A DNA stretch of 64,000 nt, taken from Chlorokybus atmophyticus. Lineage: Eukaryota > Plantae > Mesostigma and Chlorokybus algae. Every line of letters starts with the position of its first letter. The first letter of the stretch is position 1. The stretch lies in assembly GCA_009103225.1 (NCBI GenBank), contig RHPI01000777.1:151560-215559 (forward strand), written 5' to 3'. This document shows positions 63,437 to 64,000 of the stretch, in pieces. The position numbers were made by a program, and so were the translations under genes. The notes under the pieces are model-generated. The model was given only the letters and a program-made list of their open reading frames with translations, made no database searches and was not told the origin of the DNA.

Positions 63437-64000
63437 TCAAGCCTCATAGTTCCCTGACACAGGAGGGTAGTCACAGCGCATATCCATTGTTTCAATCATG
63501 AGACGCCCTATGCACTCCGCCATTGCGGGAGGAACTGCATTCGCTATGGAAACGGCCGAGGTCATCCATGGCACTCCCAGCGCTGTCTGCCACGCAGCAA
63601 TGCCGCCCCTGGTGCTTGGAAGGCCATAGACCGGGTACATCTGCTGTGGCGCGTTTGATGTCACGATTGTCTTCTTCGCGCTAGCGGACAGGTGCGGCGA
63701 TAGCAGTCCAACTGCCTTGCCCGCGTGCGAGCAGCGTGCTGGTGGGGTAGCTACCACTGGCTGTGTCTCAAACAGACGGTGTCGGAAAGTTGATAGGCCA
63801 AACATCGTGCCACAAAGGGACAGATTGGGTCTGAATGAGGAAGCTGCTCCTGGCACATTCTCAATCACAAACTTGACCTGGCTTGCAAGCAGCAGACGTC
63901 GGACGAGCGGTATCATATCCTGGTGTCTCCAGGATGTGCCATGTGCCGCCCGTTGAGGTGCCGGGATAGCACCTGAATAGGCCTGGCATGGTGGACTGGC
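63437..64000 (-). CDS. DNA (cytosine-5)-methyltransferase, phage/bacterial-type, intronless in visible part, 5' end outside window
   Basis: The frame is open from the window edge: ASPPCQAYS (motif IV, catalytic Cys), FVIENVPGA (motif VI), LCGTMFGL..FRHRLFE (motif VIII), W..ALGVPWMT...ANAVPPAMAECIG (motif X-like). Stop at 63437-63439. Confidence 0.9.
   Translation of the reverse strand, partial: ASPPCQAYSGAIPAPQRAAHGTSWRHQDMIPLVRRLLLASQVKFVIENVPGAASSFRPNLSLCGTMFGLSTFRHRLFETQPVVATPPARCSHAGKAVGLLSPHLSASAKKTIVTSNAPQQMYPVYGLPSTRGGIAAWQTALGVPWMTSAVSIANAVPPAMAECIGRLMIETMDMRCDYPPVSGNYEA

Overview
Eukaryotic nuclear DNA from a draft assembly with N-gaps. It is most likely a green alga (Viridiplantae; inference from plant-like ASY1 and COV1 proteins, a TTTAGGG telo-box, GT-AG introns and TAA used as stop). 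The first ~35 kb holds spliced host genes: ASY1/HOP1-like (5' part outside the window), RPL7A, a COV1/DUF502 membrane protein, a zinc-ribbon/BRI3-like protein and a FAD-dependent aromatic monooxygenase. Between them lie decayed F-box-like, ARM-repeat and NHL-BTB genes and microsatellites. The last ~28 kb is a transposon nest. It contains a dead pogo-like transposase and a ~7.7 kb tyrosine-recombinase (DIRS-order, kangaroo/PAT-like) retrotransposon with split direct repeats and an inverted recombinase. It also contains a full-length Ty3/Gypsy chromovirus with LTRs, PBS, PPT and a 5-bp TSD. At the right edge is a three-gene cassette: a coiled-coil gene divergent from a Plavaka-type transposase across a hairpin cluster, followed convergently by a phage/bacterial-type cytosine-5 DNA methyltransferase whose visible part is intronless and which runs off the window. 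That cassette is the best candidate for a novel system. The Gypsy element also appears to carry a degenerate Dam-like methyltransferase domain before its protease. All family assignments come from motif recognition by eye; no searches were run.
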